From Chiloscyllium plagiosum (lineage: Eukaryota): a stretch of 49,769 nucleotides of DNA. Every line of letters starts with the position of its first letter. Positions within the stretch are counted from its first letter, which is position 1. Shown here in pieces: positions 47,505 to 49,769 of this stretch. Location: positions 6,446,099-6,495,867 of the forward strand of contig NC_057720.1 in the NCBI RefSeq assembly GCF_004010195.1, written 5' to 3'. The position numbers were made by a program, and so were the translations under genes. The notes beneath the pieces were generated by a model. That model made no database searches and was not told the origin of the DNA. It saw nothing but the letters and a program-made list of their open reading frames with translations.

Positions 47505-48615
47505 AGAATTGAATTGAATTGAATTGAATTTATCGTCACGTGTACTGAGGCACAGTGAAAAGATTTGTCTTGTGAGCAATACAGGCAGATCACAGAGTTA
47601 AGTCGCATAGATAGTAAATAATAGATAAACAGCAGCAAAAACAAAAACAAAGGTACAGGCGAATGTTAAGTGTTTGTGAGTTCATTCAGTATTCTAACAA
47701 CAGCAGGGTAGGAACTGTTTCGAAATCAGCTGGTGCTTGTGTTCAGGCTTCTGTATCTTCTTTCCGATGATAGAGGTTGTAGAAAAACATTGCCAGGGTG
47801 GGAATGCTGGTGGCCCTTTTTTGACATTGGGCCTGGTAGACGGATTCTATAGATGGCCTTTGTGATTGTCTGGGCCGAGTTCACCACTCTCCTGTAACCG
47901 TCTCTGATCTTCAATGGTACAGTTGCCATACCAGGCAGTGATACATCCAGACAGAATGCTCTCGATGGCACAGCTGTAAAGGTTGGCAAGGGTATTCACC
48001 GTCATGCCAAATTTCCTCAGCTGCCTGAGGAAGAAGAGACATTGTTGGGCCTTTGTAACCAGTGCGTCCACATGAAGAGTCCAAGAAAGCCTGTTGTGGA
48101 TGACCACTCCCAGGAGCGTGACACTCTCCACTCGTTCCACCTCTATGCTGTTAATGTGTAGGGGGGGTGGGAAAGAGTAACATCCCACTTCATGCTTTCC
48201 CATGAAAGTCAATAATGAGTTCCTTGGTTTTGCTGGCATTGAGAGCTAGGTTGTTCTCAAGGCACCATTTTTCCAGGTCTTCCACCTCCCGTCTGTAGAC
48301 TGTTTCATCACCATCTGAGATTCGCCTGACTATGTTGACGTCATCAGTGAACTTGTAAATGGTCCTGGTCTGGTATTTGATGACGTAGTCATGGGGAGAC
48401 AGTGAGTACAGTAGGGGGCTGAGTACACATCCCTGGGGGGCTCCAGTGTTGAGTGTTAGTGTGGCTGAAATGATGTCCCCAGTCTGCACTGATTGTGGCC
48501 TTTGGGTCAGGAAACTGAGGATCCAGTTGCAGAGAGTAGGGCTAAGTTCAAGATCACCAAGTTTAGTAATCAGTCTCGAGGGGATAATAGCGTTGAAGGC
48601 TGAACTGTAGTCAAT
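47505..48615 (-). mobile_element. Rex1/Babar-like LINE, RT to 3' end, frameshifted, with an (AATTC)n tail
   Basis: [21 protein letters not shown]...YKFTDD...[15 protein letters not shown] and KAQQCLFFLRQLRKFG...AIESILSGCITAWYGNC. Confidence 0.9.
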
Positions 48616-48744
48616 AGGTTTTCTAAGAGGGATAACAGTGTTTGAAAGTTAAGAATGGGTTGGCATTGGCCATTGAGGTCACCTCATTCCCACATGAGCA
48701 GCTGTGTTCTTCTCAGGCTCAGTCTAGCAATTTCTCTGTTTTCT

Positions 48745-49075
48745 TTATTTGTTCATTCACAAGATGAGGGCATCACTGGCTGTGCCACTATTTATAACCC
48801 ATCCCTAATTCTTAGGAGCCAACCACATCACTGTGTGGGCCCAGAGTTGCATGTAGACCAGATTGGGTAAGGATGGCCGTTCCCTTCCCAAATGGGTTTT
48901 TACTGACAATAGATAATGGACTCATGGTCATCTTTTGACTCTAAATCCCAGACTTTTCACTGAATTAAACTCTCACCATCTGCTATGGCAGGATTCGAAC
49001 ATGTGCTCCAGCACGTTACCCAGGTCTCTGGATTAGCAGCCCAGCGACAGCACCACTAGGTCATCACCTCCCTCA
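48745..49075 (-). mobile_element. tRNA-derived SINE (second family)
   Basis: Reverse complement of the 21704-22040 type, including the B-box (GGATTCGAAC on the + strand). Confidence 0.7.
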
Positions 49076-49364
49076 AAATCGATGAGGAGCCTAATGTCTT
49101 CGGCCCTCTTGGCCCAGTTGTGCAATAATCTTGTTGGACTGCAGTGAGAAACAGGAGACATTGAATACAAAGGAAGTGGATGGAGAAACAGAGGTGATAG
49201 ACCAGCAGGAGCAGGAGTGAGGTGTCCTCAGTGAGTGAATTGGAAACAGAGGGCAGGAAGGATTAACAGCTTGGGAGAATGAGGCAGGACGTCAGAGCTG
49301 GTGAGTTGACACAATACATGCCACAGTGAGAATTGTAGTCCTTGAACTTACGGGCAGAAGGTAC

Positions 49365-49769
49365 TAGAGCAGAATTAGGTCAATTGGCCCATTGATTATA
49401 TTTCACCATTTGATCATGGCTGATACGTTACTCAACATCATTCTTCCTATGCCTTCTCCCCATAATCTTTGATCCCTTGACTGATCAAGAACCTATCTAT
49501 CTCTATCTTAAATACACTCATTGTCTTGGCCTCCATAGCTGTCTGCAGCAATGAGTTCCAATGATTCCCCACCCTCTGGCTGAAGACATTCCTCCTCATC
49601 TCAGTTATAGAGTCATAGAGTCAGAGAGATGTACAGCATGGAAACAGACCCTTCGGTCCAACCCGTCCACTTCAACCAGATATCCCAACCCAATCTAGTC
49701 ACACCTACCAGCACCCGGCCCATATCCCTCCAAACCCTTCCTATTCATATACCCATCCAAATGCCTCTT
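49365..49769 (-). mobile_element. Two adjacent CR1-like LINE 3' ends, running off the window
   Basis: Reverse complements contain GAGATGAGGAGGAATGTCTTCAGCCAGAGGGTGG and the same 3' UTR as 37370-37522. Confidence 0.8.

Noticed and set aside
47726..48489. Three minus-strand ORFs as a functional reverse transcriptase
   Set aside because: They are frameshifted, truncated Rex1/Babar-like LINE remnants.

Overview
Eukaryotic, vertebrate-type genomic DNA. The repeat complement (HE1-like tRNA-derived SINEs, CR1-like LINE ends, Rex1/Babar LINEs, Penelope-like elements) points to a shark or other elasmobranch. No host protein-coding gene is recognisable. Bases 1-10713 are a two-tier G-rich satellite: a variable 26-bp minisatellite (with a 500-N gap) that switches to about 20 essentially identical 312-bp higher-order repeats built from eleven ~29-bp derivatives of the same monomer. 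The giant minus-strand ORFs come from this satellite and are not credible genes. Bases 10.7-49.8 kb are a dense mosaic of retroelement fragments with a few repeat-free islands. The most notable signals are: (i) three families of Penelope-like element ends carrying minimal hammerhead-ribozyme motifs (CUGANGA-stem II-GAAA-palindromic ACGU/AGCU), repeatedly arranged as inverted pairs, with two copies keeping intact cores; (ii) two young, CpG-rich retroviral-type LTRs (TGAAAG...AAAACA, one with a triplicated 131-bp U3 segment) sitting at CCACN sites inside a Penelope reverse-transcriptase ORF; (iii) a SINE head fused to a tRNA-Arg pseudogene; (iv) a 3'-truncated SINE head flanked by a perfect 79-bp duplication within a solo LTR; (v) nested TA-targeting MITEs. 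Family names come from recognition by eye, not database searches, and boundaries of old repeats are approximate.
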